Positions 63,728 through 64,000 of a DNA stretch of 64,000 nucleotides are shown here, one piece after another (the first letter of the stretch is position 1; each line of letters starts with the position of its first letter). The DNA comes from Cirrosporium novae-zelandiae. Taxonomy: Eukaryota. The DNA is taken from assembly GCA_026023565.1 (NCBI GenBank), contig JAPETS010000001.1, positions 1,302,001 through 1,366,000 of the forward strand. Direction: 5' to 3'. The position numbers and the translations under genes were made by a program. The notes beneath the pieces were generated by a model. The model was given only the letters and a program-made list of their open reading frames with translations, was not told the DNA's origin and ran no database searches.

Positions 63728-64000
63728 ATGGTGAGCGCGTTCTAAAGAATTCCCCGTCTTATTCAACCTCCTCCCGAATTGACAACCTTGCAAGGTGCTT
63801 CAACCTCCCCCAGACGGCATCCATCCATCCCTCGAAGCCCTCATTGATTCTATGAACCAGCATGCCGGCCCTGAAGGCTATGCTGTCGTAAAAGCCCGTT
63901 CGAAATCCAGATACGGTGAAACCACCAAGTGCTATATTCGATGCGACAAGGGTGGTAATTACACTCCCAACGTGAGTGAGGCCGATCGAAAGCGCAAGAA
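63728..64000 (+). CDS. FAR1/MULE-type DNA-binding domain protein, 5' part (runs off the window)
   Basis: ATG-only first exon (63728-63730) and intron 63731-63794. Exon 2 reads VLQPPPDGIHPSLEALIDSMNQHAGPEGYAVVKARSKSRYGETTKCYIRCDKGGNY...RKRK. Confidence 0.75.

Noticed and set aside
1..64000. CRISPR arrays, rRNA genes, intact LTR/LINE elements
   Set aside because: None seen. The tandem repeats have no unique spacers, and no RT or integrase motifs were found.

Overview
A gene-dense window from a filamentous ascomycete, probably Eurotiomycetes-like. It has short GT-AG introns with CTRAY branch points, so the six-frame ORF track fragments most genes and misses some. I can support about 26 protein-coding genes. 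Most are housekeeping: AVT1-like, BMT2, TIM8, MOD5, VPS45, EHT1-like, LOC1, CRT10-like, MMtag, GPI2, Gemin2-like, NIPSNAP, PNPOx-like, EPT1/CPT1 and Sld7-like. Accessory or secreted genes include an amidase, a salicylate/2,3-DHBA decarboxylase-type enzyme, AzgA, a laccase, a carboxylesterase, an MFS transporter and a CFEM protein. There is one intron-containing tRNA-Glu(UUC). Features not visible in the ORF track: a secreted lysozyme-like (muramidase) gene destroyed almost entirely by C>T/G>A transitions (RIP-like), a frameshifted ankyrin-repeat relic, other gene-sized degenerate segments, and a FAR1/MULE-type DNA-binding gene starting at the right edge. I found no convincing new multi-gene system. 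All family assignments come from motif recognition and recall, not database searches.
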